A DNA stretch of 48,861 nucleotides from Minisyncoccota bacterium (GCA_031972685.1 DALYEI010000006.1:1-48861), one strand, 5' to 3'. Shown: positions 34,427 to 44,144, numbered from the stretch's first letter. A program made the numbers and translations. Notes: generated by a model from the sequence alone, not told the origin.

Positions 34427-35461
34427 ATGTCATCAACAATATCGTTTAAACCAAAACAAGTTACCAAAAGAATAATCGCTCATTTGCCTGAACGCGCAAG
34501 TGATGTTTTGATTAGTCGTTTTGGGCTTGATGCTAATGATTTAGAGAGAAAAACTCTCGAAGAAATTGGAAAGAAGTACAATATAACTCGCGAAAGAGTT
34601 CGTCAAATAAAAGAAAACGGTATTAACTTGATTAAAAAGTCTTCTGTATTTAAAGCCGAGCAAGCATTGTTCGAAGAATTGCGTGATTTAGTTCATGAAT
34701 TAGGAGCTATTGTTTCAGAACATGATTTACTAAATCATATCTCAAAAGATAAGGCTACTCAAAATCATATTCATTTTTACTTAGTACTTAGTGATCATTT
34801 TACAAAGCATAAAGAAGATGAGCATTTTAAAGCTCGTTGGAGTGTTGATGATGAGATGGCTGATAGTGTGCATGATGCTTTGAAAAAACTTTATGCGTCA
34901 CTAAAAGACGAAGATTTAGTTCCTGAAACTGAAATGATTAAAAAATTCTTCGATCATATGAAAGATACTGCTGATAAGTACAAAAATGATGAAGTTGCAA
35001 AACGTTGGCTTTCTGTGTCTAAAAAGATTTCTAAAAATCCGCTAGGAGATTGGGGTCGTTCTCATTCACAAAACGTACATACTCGTGGAGTAAAAGACTA
35101 TGCTTATTTAGTTATGCGTCGTCACGGCTCACCTATGCACTTCAAAGAAGTTACTGATTCTATATCAAAGACTTTTGGACGTAAATCTCACTATGCTACA
35201 ACTCATAACGAGCTTATCAAAGATCCACGTTTCGTTTTAGTTGGTCGTGGACTTTATGCGCTTTCAGAATGGGGATATAAAACTGGAATTGCTCGTGATG
35301 TTATTTCTGATATTCTTAAAAAAGAAGGCCCGATGACTAAAGAAGAAGTAGTTGAAAAAGTTATGAAAGAAAGATATTTCAAGAAAAATACAATTTTAGT
35401 TAATCTTGCAAATAATAAATATTTTAAGAAAAATAAAGAAGGACTCTATACTGCAATATAA
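34427..35461 (+). CDS. DNA-binding protein: N-terminal sigma-70 region-4-like HTH plus C-terminal HARE-HTH-like winged helix
   Basis: 344 aa. RFGLD...KTLEEIGKKYNITRERVRQIKENGINLIKK resembles sigma region 4.2. YLVMRRHGSPMHFKEVTD...FVLVGRGLYALSEWGY resembles the RpoE-delta/HARE-HTH type. Confidence 0.55.
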   Translation: MSSTISFKPKQVTKRIIAHLPERASDVLISRFGLDANDLERKTLEEIGKKYNITRERVRQIKENGINLIKKSSVFKAEQALFEELRDLVHELGAIVSEHDLLNHISKDKATQNHIHFYLVLSDHFTKHKEDEHFKARWSVDDEMADSVHDALKKLYASLKDEDLVPETEMIKKFFDHMKDTADKYKNDEVAKRWLSVSKKISKNPLGDWGRSHSQNVHTRGVKDYAYLVMRRHGSPMHFKEVTDSISKTFGRKSHYATTHNELIKDPRFVLVGRGLYALSEWGYKTGIARDVISDILKKEGPMTKEEVVEKVMKERYFKKNTILVNLANNKYFKKNKEGLYTAI

Positions 35462-35470
35462 ATAAAGTAA

Positions 35471-35500
35471 AAGAAAAACTCCCTAGGGAGTTTTTCTTTT
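35471..35500 (+). terminator. Rho-independent terminator
   Basis: GAAAAACTCCC-TA-GGGAGTTTTTC palindrome followed by TTTT. Confidence 0.75.
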
Positions 35501-35520
35501 ACTTTATTTGTTTTTTGTAA

Positions 35521-35526
35521 TAAAAT
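35521..35526 (+). promoter_or_regulatory. -10-like TAAAAT, 6 nt before ATG 35533
   Basis: TAAAAT-atttat-ATG. Confidence 0.45.
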
Positions 35527-35532
35527 ATTTAT

Positions 35533-36891
35533 ATGGATCAAATCGACGAAGTATTAAATGAAATGCCAAAAAGTTTTTGGATGTTTTTGACTATTATTGT
35601 CGTCAGTTCGGCCGTAGTTAGTTTACTTGGTTGGGAAGTTTTATTCCTTTCTATTATGGCTTTATTTTTAGGAGTTTTCGGTTGGGAACTTTGGATGCAT
35701 TATATTCGTCAAGATTTTATATCTGGCATTGATTGGGTAATTTTAGAAGTTATTCCTCCTCGTGATGTAGCTCGTTCACCTAAAGCTATGGAACTTTTCT
35801 TTACTAATGCTCTTTATCATTGGAGTATGAAGGGAGGCCGTGAAGAAATCTGGCAAGGTGCTGTTTGGTTTTGGTTTTCGCTCGAAATTGTATCTATAGA
35901 AGGGCAAATTCATTTTTATATTCGTACTCCTACCCGTATTAAAGGTCTTATAGAAACGCAGATTTATGCTCAATACCCTCAAGCATATGTTAAAGAAGTT
36001 GAGGATTATACTGCTGCAGTAGATGAAATTTCAGAAAAAAGTGAGTGGAATATGTGGGGTTGTGAATGGAAATTAGAAAAACCAGAAGCTTATCCTATAA
36101 GAACTTACGTTGATTTTGGACTTGATAAAGATCCAGACGAAGAATTAAAAGTTGATCCTCTTTCTCCTGTGATTGAACTTTTTGCATCTTTAAAAAAAGA
36201 TGAGCAAATGTGGCTTCAGATAGTTATTCGTCCAACTAAGAAGAAATTCCATACTCACGGTACTTGGGGAGGTCATCATGATTGGGTCAAAGAATCAGAA
36301 TTAGAATTAGAGCGTGTTTCTGCCCCTTACACTAAAATAGAAACCTTGCCTAATGGTCAAATATTAAAGTCAGGACGTACTCCGGATTCGATGAAACCTA
36401 TTATTGATGGACTTACTAAAAAACCTCAAAAAATTGGTTTTGATGTCGGAATTCGATCTTGCTACGTTGCTAAAAAGCATGCCTATGATATGAATCACCG
36501 CCGTGATATTCGTCTAATTTTTAGACAATACGCAAATCCACTTTTAAATCAATTTGCTCGTTACAATGGTACTCAGGCTGATGCTTACGGAGGCTTAGTA
36601 TTTGTTTTAAATCAAAAGCAAGTTTTTACTTTAGCTAATCGAATGCTTCATGAATACAAAGAGCGTAATTTCTTTAATCATCCAATGCGTAATCAATGGC
36701 TAGCTATGGGGAATATCCCTTGGCCAATTTCTCCGACTATATTTATGGCATATTTTCACTCGGTGACTTTTGTATTAAATGTAGAAGAAATTGCAACTCT
36801 CTGGCACTTCCCAGGTCAAATTCTCAAAATTCCTACTCTTGAAAGAGTTGAAAGTAAAGAAGCTTCACCTCCTACAAATTTACCGACCTAA
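35533..36891 (+). CDS. Large conserved-looking membrane protein, unknown function (two N-terminal TMs plus ~380-aa soluble domain)
   Basis: 452 aa. The TM pair is followed by WVILEVIPPRD...FWFSLEIVSIEGQIHFYIRTP...IYAQYPQAYV and a C-terminal IATLWHFPG. Confidence 0.5.
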   Translation: MDQIDEVLNEMPKSFWMFLTIIVVSSAVVSLLGWEVLFLSIMALFLGVFGWELWMHYIRQDFISGIDWVILEVIPPRDVARSPKAMELFFTNALYHWSMKGGREEIWQGAVWFWFSLEIVSIEGQIHFYIRTPTRIKGLIETQIYAQYPQAYVKEVEDYTAAVDEISEKSEWNMWGCEWKLEKPEAYPIRTYVDFGLDKDPDEELKVDPLSPVIELFASLKKDEQMWLQIVIRPTKKKFHTHGTWGGHHDWVKESELELERVSAPYTKIETLPNGQILKSGRTPDSMKPIIDGLTKKPQKIGFDVGIRSCYVAKKHAYDMNHRRDIRLIFRQYANPLLNQFARYNGTQADAYGGLVFVLNQKQVFTLANRMLHEYKERNFFNHPMRNQWLAMGNIPWPISPTIFMAYFHSVTFVLNVEEIATLWHFPGQILKIPTLERVESKEASPPTNLPT

Positions 36892-36894
36892 TTT

Positions 36895-37830
36895 ATGGAA
36901 AAAGATAACGATTTAAATTTAAAAGAAAATATTTATAACAATGTTCAGAAAAAACCTTTTAATTTTTTCAAGGTTTTTTCTTTGTTTTTTGTATTTTTAA
37001 TTTTAATTATTATTGTCTTTTTTAATAATTTAAATCAAGCACCAAATAATTTTCCTCAAGGAGAAATATTTATTATAGAAAAGGGCGATAGCCTAAGAAC
37101 TATATCTAAAAATTTAGAAGAACAAAATTATATTAAATCGAGAGTTCTATTTGAATCTTTTGTGATTTTATTTGGAGGGGAAAAAAGTTTGAATACAGGA
37201 GATTATTTATTTAAAGAAAAGTACAATACATTAAATTTAGCTGATAGAATATCGAAGGGGGAGAAAGATTTAAATCCTATCAAAATAACTATCCCTGAAG
37301 GTTTTACTAAAGATGAGATTATCTTATTACTCGACAAAAAACTTCATAATTTTGATGGAAATAAATTCAAAGAAAAGGCACAGGAAGGTTATCTTTTTCC
37401 TGATACTTATTTCTTTTTGTCTTCTGATAATGAAGAAACAGTTTTTAAAACTATAACTGACAACTTTAATAAGAAAACAAATAAAATTTTTGAAAATATA
37501 CCAATTCAAAAACAAAAAGAAATTTTAATTATGGCTTCTATATTAGAAGGTGAAGCTAAAGGCGAATCTGATCGCAATATTATTTCTGGAATTTTATGGA
37601 AAAGGATTTCTATAAATATGCCTCTTCAAGTAGATATCGCTCCGATTACTTATAAAGAGCGAGGATTACCCGAAAATCCAATTTCTAATCCTGGCCTTTC
37701 GACTATTTATGCTGCTATAAATCCAGAGAATTCACCTTATCTATACTATATTCACGATAAAGAAGGCAATACTTATTTTGCGAAAACTTTTAAAGAACAT
37801 AGGGCTAATATAGAAAAATATCTAAAATAG
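36895..37830 (+). CDS. mltG: Endolytic murein transglycosylase MltG (YceG-like)
   Basis: 311 aa with an N-terminal TM. YLFPDTYFF and MASILEGEAK match the YceG signature. Confidence 0.8.
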   Translation: MEKDNDLNLKENIYNNVQKKPFNFFKVFSLFFVFLILIIIVFFNNLNQAPNNFPQGEIFIIEKGDSLRTISKNLEEQNYIKSRVLFESFVILFGGEKSLNTGDYLFKEKYNTLNLADRISKGEKDLNPIKITIPEGFTKDEIILLLDKKLHNFDGNKFKEKAQEGYLFPDTYFFLSSDNEETVFKTITDNFNKKTNKIFENIPIQKQKEILIMASILEGEAKGESDRNIISGILWKRISINMPLQVDIAPITYKERGLPENPISNPGLSTIYAAINPENSPYLYYIHDKEGNTYFAKTFKEHRANIEKYLK

Positions 37831-38909
37831 TGTATAAATATATAGTGGCTAAGGTTTCAAGTAAAAAATTAAATAAAACTGTATTCGTAGGATTATCTGG
37901 CGGAGTAGATAGCTCTGTGTCAGCGTTACTGCTTAAAAGAGCTGGTTATAAGGTTGTTGGAGTTTTTATTAAAACTTGGCATCCGGATTTTATTACGTGT
38001 AATGAAGAAGAAGAAAGACTCGATGCTATGCGAGTTGCAGCTTTTTTAGATATTCCTTTTTTGACTCTAGATTTAGAGGATGTTTATAAAAACGGGGTCG
38101 CAGACTACATGATTGCTGAATATAGGAAAGGCAGAACTCCGAATCCAGACGTGATGTGTAACAAGGAAGTAAAGTTCGGAGCTTTTATGCAATTTGCTTT
38201 AGAAAAAGGAGCGGATTTTGTAGCGACTGGGCATTATGCTCGGAACATTAATAATTCTTTATTGAAGGGTAAAGATATTACTAAAGACCAAAGTTATTTT
38301 CTTTGGACTTTGACTAAAAAACAATTAGAAAATATTTTATTTCCTGTTGGTCATTTAAATAAAAAAGAAGTTAGAAAAATAGCAGAGAAATATAAATTAC
38401 CAGTTTCTACGAAGAAAGACAGTCAAGGAATTTGCTTTTTAGGAGATATAGATTTAAAAGATTTTCTTAAGCATTATATTGAAACTAAAAAGGGCAAAGT
38501 ATTAAACGAAGACGGCGAAGAGATAGGATATCATGATGGGGTACTTTTTTATACTTTAGGTGAACGTCACGGTTTTACTATAACTAAGAAGACGAGTAGC
38601 GACATGCGGTATTATATCGTATCTAAAGATATTAAAAATAATATTTTAGTAGTATCTAATCAGAAAAAAACTTTAGCGAATAAAAATGAGATTATTATTT
38701 CTAATTTAAACATTTTAGAAAATTTTAAAGAAGATAAGTCTTACGATATGCAAGTCCGTTATCATGGAGAATTAATTAAAACTAAATTATCTAAATTAAA
38801 TGATCAGAGAATTAAAATTCTACCTCAAAATGAAGTATTAGTGGCGAGCGGGCAATCCATAGTGATTTATGAAGGTGATAAAGTTATACTTGCTGGAGTT
38901 GTAGAGTAG
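37830..38909 (+). CDS. mnmA: tRNA 2-thiouridine(34) synthase MnmA
   Basis: 359 aa. PP-loop VGLSGGVDSSVSA, plus NPDVMCN and DSQGICFLG. The GTG start overlaps the mltG TAG. Confidence 0.9.
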   Translation: MYKYIVAKVSSKKLNKTVFVGLSGGVDSSVSALLLKRAGYKVVGVFIKTWHPDFITCNEEEERLDAMRVAAFLDIPFLTLDLEDVYKNGVADYMIAEYRKGRTPNPDVMCNKEVKFGAFMQFALEKGADFVATGHYARNINNSLLKGKDITKDQSYFLWTLTKKQLENILFPVGHLNKKEVRKIAEKYKLPVSTKKDSQGICFLGDIDLKDFLKHYIETKKGKVLNEDGEEIGYHDGVLFYTLGERHGFTITKKTSSDMRYYIVSKDIKNNILVVSNQKKTLANKNEIIISNLNILENFKEDKSYDMQVRYHGELIKTKLSKLNDQRIKILPQNEVLVASGQSIVIYEGDKVILAGVVE

Positions 38910-38932
38910 ATGAATTTTTATTAATTTTAAGT

Positions 38933-38938
38933 TAAAAT
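38933..38938 (+). promoter_or_regulatory. -10-like TAAAAT, 6 nt before ATG 38945
   Basis: TAAAAT-atacaa-ATG. Confidence 0.45.
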
Positions 38939-38944
38939 ATACAA

Positions 38945-39409
38945 ATGGAACTATTTTTTATAGAGAACAGTGATTTAATTTTAAAATTATTATTAGCAGT
39001 AGGTTTGGGTGGTATTATTGGACTTGAGAGATTTATCGTACATAAAGAAGCAGGTATGAAAACTCATGCTATTGTAGCTTTGGGTTCAGCTTTATTTGTA
39101 GTTATTTCGGAAGAGCTTATGTTTTTATATGGAGATATAGGGAGTTTTGACCCGACTCGTATCGCTTCGCAAATTATCGTAGGTATCGGATTTTTAGGAG
39201 CTGGATCTATAATGCTTCAAGGTTCAAGAATTAAAGGCTTAACGACTGCCTCAGGGCTCTGGCTTACGGCAGGTATCGGTATGGCTGCGGGATTTGGATT
39301 TTCAAATATTGCAATTATAGCTACTGTATTAGTTTTACTTGTTTTTACTTTGATGACAATTTTAGAAAAGCCTATTAGTAAATTAATCGGAGAAAATAGA
39401 GAAGAATAA
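38945..39409 (+). CDS. MgtC/SapB family membrane protein
   Basis: 154 aa. LAVGLGGIIGLERFIVHKEAGMKTHAIVALGSALF matches the MgtC N-terminal domain pattern. Confidence 0.75.
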   Translation: MELFFIENSDLILKLLLAVGLGGIIGLERFIVHKEAGMKTHAIVALGSALFVVISEELMFLYGDIGSFDPTRIASQIIVGIGFLGAGSIMLQGSRIKGLTTASGLWLTAGIGMAAGFGFSNIAIIATVLVLLVFTLMTILEKPISKLIGENREE

Positions 39410-39412
39410 GTT

Positions 39413-41152
39413 ATGAAATCAGAAGAAATTCGAAATAGATTTTTAAAGTTTTTTGAAGCGAGGGGACATGCAATAATTCCTTCGGCTTCGCTCGTGCCTG
39501 AGAACGATCCTTCTGTATTATTTAATACTGCAGGAATGCAACCTTTAGTTCCGTATTTGCTTGGTCAGATTCATCCTATGGGTAAGCGTATTGCAGATGT
39601 TCAGAAATGCGTTCGTACTGGAGACTTGGACGATATAGGAGACAATAGACATTTCTCTTTTTTTGAAATGCTTGGTAATTGGTCCTTGGGAGATTATTTT
39701 AAAGAAGAAGCTATAGCTTGGAGTTATGAATTTTTAACTTCTAAAGAAGAAGGATTAGGGCTTGATCCAAAAAGACTTTATATAACAGTTTTCGAAGGGG
39801 ATGAGAATGCTCCTTATGACGAAGAATCTAAACAAATTTGGATGAAAGTTGGCATTCCTGAAAATCGTATTTATGCGCTTCCTGCAGAAGATAATTTCTG
39901 GTCTCCGGGAGATAACGGACCTTGTGGACCTTGTTCGGAAATGTTTTATGATATGGTTGGTAATATTGGAGATTTATCTCATGAAGAATTTTTACAAGCC
40001 TTGAAAAGAGAAGACGTAATAGAAATCTGGAATGACGTTTTTATGGAATATGAGAAAAAAGATGGTAAAGTTATCGGAAAGTTAAAACAAAAAAACGTAG
40101 ATACTGGTGCAGGACTTGAAAGAATTACAGCAGTAATGCAAGGGAAAAAAACTGCATATGATACTGATCTGTTTGAAGGAGTTTTAGATTTTATAAAAAG
40201 TAATTCAAAAGATTACAATGAAAAAAATGCAAGAGTAATAGCAGATCATATTCGTGGTTCTTTATTTCTTATAGCAGAAGGAGTTTTACCTTCAAATAAA
40301 GATAGGGGTTATGTTTTACGTCGATTACTTAGACGAGCAGGTACAAGAGCTCAACAAATGAATATTTCTGTATCTAAATTAGTGGAATTATCTTTTAAAT
40401 ATGGTGAATATTATGGAAAGTATTATGAGAATGTATCTGATTCAAAAAATAATGAAATAATTAGAGAAGAATTAAATAAATTTAATCAAACTTTAATTCA
40501 AGGTTTAAAAGAATTTGAAAAAGGAGTTGATCCATTTATTTTAGCTACTACTTACGGTTTCCCAATAGAGCTTACTTTAGAACTTGCAAAAGAAAAGGGA
40601 ATAGAGATAGATTTAGAAGATTTTAAAAAGAAAATGGAAGAGCATCAAAAGCTTTCAGCGACTGCTTCGGCTGGGATGTTCAAGGGTGGACTTGCAAATC
40701 ATAATGAGAAAACTATACGTCTCCATACCGCGCACCATTTACTCCTTGCAGGACTGCAACAAATAGTAGATAAAAATATTAAGCAAAGAGGTAGTAATAT
40801 TACCGAAGAGCGTTTGCGTATTGATTTCCTTTGTGATCATAAGCTTACTGATGAAGAGAAGCAAAAAGTAGAAAATTTCGTAAATGAAAAAATCTCTCAA
40901 GGGTTAAACGTTATTCGTCGCGAAATGCCTTTCGTAGAAGCTGAGAAATTAGGAGCTGAAATGGAATTCGGAGCTAAGTATCCTGAAGTGGTTTCAGTTT
41001 ATTTTATTGAAGATGAAAAAGGTAATCCAATCTCTAAAGAATTCTGCGGAGGTCCTCACGTATCTAATACTTCTGAATTAGGAAAATTTAAAATCCAAAA
41101 AGAAGAAGCGGTTGCCTCAGGTATTCGTCGTATCAAAGCAGTTTTGGAATAA
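39413..41152 (+). CDS. alaS: Alanine--tRNA ligase, short form (no C-Ala domain)
   Basis: 579 aa. N-terminus FLKFFEARGHAIIPSASLVPENDPSVLFNTAGMQ. Editing/second-additional-domain metal motifs HTAHHLL and CGGPHV. Confidence 0.9.
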   Translation: MKSEEIRNRFLKFFEARGHAIIPSASLVPENDPSVLFNTAGMQPLVPYLLGQIHPMGKRIADVQKCVRTGDLDDIGDNRHFSFFEMLGNWSLGDYFKEEAIAWSYEFLTSKEEGLGLDPKRLYITVFEGDENAPYDEESKQIWMKVGIPENRIYALPAEDNFWSPGDNGPCGPCSEMFYDMVGNIGDLSHEEFLQALKREDVIEIWNDVFMEYEKKDGKVIGKLKQKNVDTGAGLERITAVMQGKKTAYDTDLFEGVLDFIKSNSKDYNEKNARVIADHIRGSLFLIAEGVLPSNKDRGYVLRRLLRRAGTRAQQMNISVSKLVELSFKYGEYYGKYYENVSDSKNNEIIREELNKFNQTLIQGLKEFEKGVDPFILATTYGFPIELTLELAKEKGIEIDLEDFKKKMEEHQKLSATASAGMFKGGLANHNEKTIRLHTAHHLLLAGLQQIVDKNIKQRGSNITEERLRIDFLCDHKLTDEEKQKVENFVNEKISQGLNVIRREMPFVEAEKLGAEMEFGAKYPEVVSVYFIEDEKGNPISKEFCGGPHVSNTSELGKFKIQKEEAVASGIRRIKAVLE

Positions 41153-41181
41153 AATTATTTTGAGAAAATTTTTAGAAAGGT

Positions 41182-41187
41182 TATAAT
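41182..41187 (+). promoter_or_regulatory. -10 hexamer TATAAT, 6 nt before ATG 41194
   Basis: TATAAT-attagt-ATG. Confidence 0.55.
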
Positions 41188-41193
41188 ATTAGT

Positions 41194-42372
41194 ATGTGGC
41201 CTTTTACTAAAACAGAAAATCAAAAAGAATTATCTCTAGTTTTTGATATTGGTTCTTCTTCTGTGGGAGGGTCTTTGTTTTATATTGAAAGTTCAGGTAA
41301 TCCTAAAATTATTTATTCAAATCGAGAGCCTATCTTAATAGACCAGAATTTAGATTTGCAAAGTTTTTTTAATCTTACGATATCATCTTTAAATAAATTA
41401 GTAGAAAAAATTCATAAAGAAAATCCAGCTAAAGTGAATCGGGTTTTTTGTGTTCTTTCTTCACCTTGGTTTCACTGTCAAACTCGAAATATTAAATATG
41501 AGAAAAATACTCCGTTTATTTTTAATACTAAATTCGCGGATGAATTAATCAAAAAAGAAGTTGAAAACTTAATAAAAGGTTATGAAAATAATGATTCAAA
41601 TTCTAATAAAGTTCTACCAATCGAAATGAAAACCATGAGCGTAAAGCTTAATGGTTACGATGTTAAAAATCCAGTAGGTAAAAAGGTTAAAAATGTAGAA
41701 ATGCCTATTTTTATTTCTCTTAGTGAAGAACTATTTATTAAAGAAGTTGAGAGAGTGATAAATACGGCTTTTCATTTTAAAAGCATCAAATTTTCGTCTT
41801 TTTTGATGTCTTCTTTTGCTGTAGCGAGAGATATGTTTATTAATCAAGATAAATTCTTACTTATTAATATTGGTGGTGAGATTACTGATATTTCTATGAT
41901 CAAGAAAGATATTTTGAAAGACAACGCTTCTTTCCCGATGGGAGTAAATTTCTTGATTAGAGGACTTTCTAAGGATTTAAAAGTTAATGCTGATGAAGCG
42001 AAATCTTTACTTTCTTTATATAAAGACGATCATTCTAATCCGAATACTAATCAAAAATTAAATCAATCTATCGAAACACTTAAAAAAACTTGGCTTAAAA
42101 ATTTCCAAGAAACGCTAAATAATCTTTCTCATGATATATCAATCCCTTCGACGATATTTATAACCGTAGATCAGAATTTAGCTTTATTCTTTTCGCAAAT
42201 TATTAAAAATGAAGAACTTAATCAGTATTCTTTGACCGAAAATAAATTCCGCATCGTTTTTCTCGGGACTGAAGCTCTTCATGGGATAGCAGTCTTTGAT
42301 GATAAAAAAGAAATAGAAAGAGACCCGTTACTTATTATCGAGGCAATTTATATTAACAGATTTTTGAAATAA
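41194..42372 (+). CDS. Actin-fold (ASKHA) ATPase, FtsA/PilM-like
   Basis: 392 aa. Phosphate-1 motif VFDIGSSSVGG and phosphate-2 motif INIGGEITDIS. Confidence 0.55.
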   Translation: MWPFTKTENQKELSLVFDIGSSSVGGSLFYIESSGNPKIIYSNREPILIDQNLDLQSFFNLTISSLNKLVEKIHKENPAKVNRVFCVLSSPWFHCQTRNIKYEKNTPFIFNTKFADELIKKEVENLIKGYENNDSNSNKVLPIEMKTMSVKLNGYDVKNPVGKKVKNVEMPIFISLSEELFIKEVERVINTAFHFKSIKFSSFLMSSFAVARDMFINQDKFLLINIGGEITDISMIKKDILKDNASFPMGVNFLIRGLSKDLKVNADEAKSLLSLYKDDHSNPNTNQKLNQSIETLKKTWLKNFQETLNNLSHDISIPSTIFITVDQNLALFFSQIIKNEELNQYSLTENKFRIVFLGTEALHGIAVFDDKKEIERDPLLIIEAIYINRFLK

Positions 42373-42375
42373 TAT

Positions 42376-43755
42376 ATGGCAAAAAGATTTTTAGAAGACA
42401 TGATACAAGTTAAAAATGCAAATAAGATAAAAAGAGAAAATGATATTTCTTCTAATGTAAAAGCGCCCCTAAATACTAAAAAAGACGAATTACAAGAAAA
42501 CAAAAAACAATCAACTAAAGAAACAAACAAAGAAATAAAAACTGAAATCAAAAAAACTCCTTATTTAAAAAATACTAAAGCTTATTTCGATAATGATGGT
42601 TATAGAGAAGTAATAGATACGAAACAAAATTCCAATAATTATTTCTTGTGGTTTTTAGTTGTATTGGTAGTTGTAATTTCTTTTTTTAATATTTCGTCTC
42701 GTTTTAGTAAAGCAAATATAACGATAGACCCTAAAATCGAAGAATTTACCTTAGAAGAATCTTTGATTGCGAAAAAAGATTTGAGTCAAACTGAAACTGA
42801 TTTATCCTATCAGCTCATCATAGTAGATGGTAATCAGAGTAAAATAATCACAGCAGAAGGGGAAAAAGAAGTTAGAGAAAAAGCAACAGGTAAAGTAGTT
42901 CTTTATAATGCTTTCGCTACTAGTCCTCAAAAATTAAACATTGATACGAGACTTATCGGTTCTAATAATAAAATTTATAAAACTAAAGAAGCTGTTACAA
43001 TACCGGCTATGACTTCGAATTCTTTTGGTTCTATAGAAGTAGAAATTTATGCTGAAAAAGAGGGGGAAGAATACAACAGTGAACCATTAGATTTTCAAAT
43101 TCTTGGTTTTAAGGGTACAGCTAAATTTGATAAAATTTATGGACGTTCTAAGGGAGAGATTGCTGGAGGCTTTGCTGGTAATAAAAAAATAGTTAATGAA
43201 GAATCTTTTAATCAAACTAAAGAAGAATTAGAAAACGCTTTAGAGTTAAGATTATTAGAAAAAGCTTTAGATCAAATCCCTAATGATTATATTTTATTCC
43301 GTGACGCAACTTTCTATAACTTAGATTCTCAAATTACGAATAATAGCGGTACTAATAATGAAGCCGAAGTTACAGCGAGTGGTACTTTATATGGTTTTAT
43401 ATTTAATAAAAAGAATTTAGAAAACTATATTTTAGATAATAAATTTCAAGACAAAAAAGGTAACTATTATATTTCTAACCTCAAAGATTTAGTTTTTGAA
43501 ATAATAGATAAAAATATAGTTCCTAGTGAAGCAAGTCAAATTAGTTTTAATTTAAAGGGTCAAATTAATGCACCTTATAAAATAAACGAACAAAAAGTTA
43601 AAGAAATCCTAGCAGGGAAGGCCAAAAAAGAATTTAGCAATATTATTGCGACTTATGAAAATGTAGAAAATGCAGAGTTATCAATAAAACCTATTTGGCA
43701 AAATAAAATTCCAAAAGAAATTAAAAAAATCAACCTCAAGGTTAATTATCCTTAA
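42376..43755 (+). CDS. Single-pass membrane protein: Lys/Glu-rich cytoplasmic N-terminus plus large extracytoplasmic domain, unknown function
   Basis: 459 aa with a TM at about residues 88-106 (YFLWFLVVLVVVISFF). Lies 3 nt after the actin-like gene. Confidence 0.5.
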   Translation: MAKRFLEDMIQVKNANKIKRENDISSNVKAPLNTKKDELQENKKQSTKETNKEIKTEIKKTPYLKNTKAYFDNDGYREVIDTKQNSNNYFLWFLVVLVVVISFFNISSRFSKANITIDPKIEEFTLEESLIAKKDLSQTETDLSYQLIIVDGNQSKIITAEGEKEVREKATGKVVLYNAFATSPQKLNIDTRLIGSNNKIYKTKEAVTIPAMTSNSFGSIEVEIYAEKEGEEYNSEPLDFQILGFKGTAKFDKIYGRSKGEIAGGFAGNKKIVNEESFNQTKEELENALELRLLEKALDQIPNDYILFRDATFYNLDSQITNNSGTNNEAEVTASGTLYGFIFNKKNLENYILDNKFQDKKGNYYISNLKDLVFEIIDKNIVPSEASQISFNLKGQINAPYKINEQKVKEILAGKAKKEFSNIIATYENVENAELSIKPIWQNKIPKEIKKINLKVNYP

Positions 43756-43770
43756 TTCACATTTAAATAT

Positions 43771-43799
43771 TTGACCAAATTAATTTAATTTGGTATGAT
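43771..43799 (+). promoter_or_regulatory. Sigma70-type promoter TTGACC-17 nt-TATGAT
   Basis: TTGACC at 43771-43776 and TATGAT at 43794-43799. ATG 43812 lies 12 nt downstream. Confidence 0.65.
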
Positions 43800-43811
43800 T
43801 GAATAGTTACA

Positions 43812-44033
43812 ATGATTGATTCAAAAAACGACAAAGCTTTAACCAAAAAAGGACTAGTAATAGAGGCTTTACCTCAAACTTTATTTAGAATAGAGTTCGA
43901 AGAAGGCGAAGTAATACTTGCTTATCTGGGAGGTAAAATGCGATTAAATCGAATTAAAGTTTTAGTTGGAGATACTGTAGAAGTTTTGCTCGATCCATAC
44001 GGTGGAAAGGGTAGAATTATTAAAAGGTTGTAA
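43812..44033 (+). CDS. infA: Translation initiation factor IF-1
   Basis: 73-aa S1-like OB fold. AYLGGKMRLNRIKVLVGDTVEV. Confidence 0.93.
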   Translation: MIDSKNDKALTKKGLVIEALPQTLFRIEFEEGEVILAYLGGKMRLNRIKVLVGDTVEVLLDPYGGKGRIIKRL

Positions 44034-44094
44034 TTTTTTTTGAAATAGTGTATTATATGTTTTATAAGTTTTAAATAGTTTAAAAGTATTTAAA

Positions 44095-44126
44095 AATAAG
44101 GATAAATCCTTATTTGTTTCGTTTTG
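44095..44126 (+). terminator. Terminator-like hairpin between infA and rpmJ
   Basis: ATAAGGA-TAAA-TCCTTAT followed by TTGTTTCGTTTT. Confidence 0.45.
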
Positions 44127-44144
44127 TTAATAGATTAATAATTT

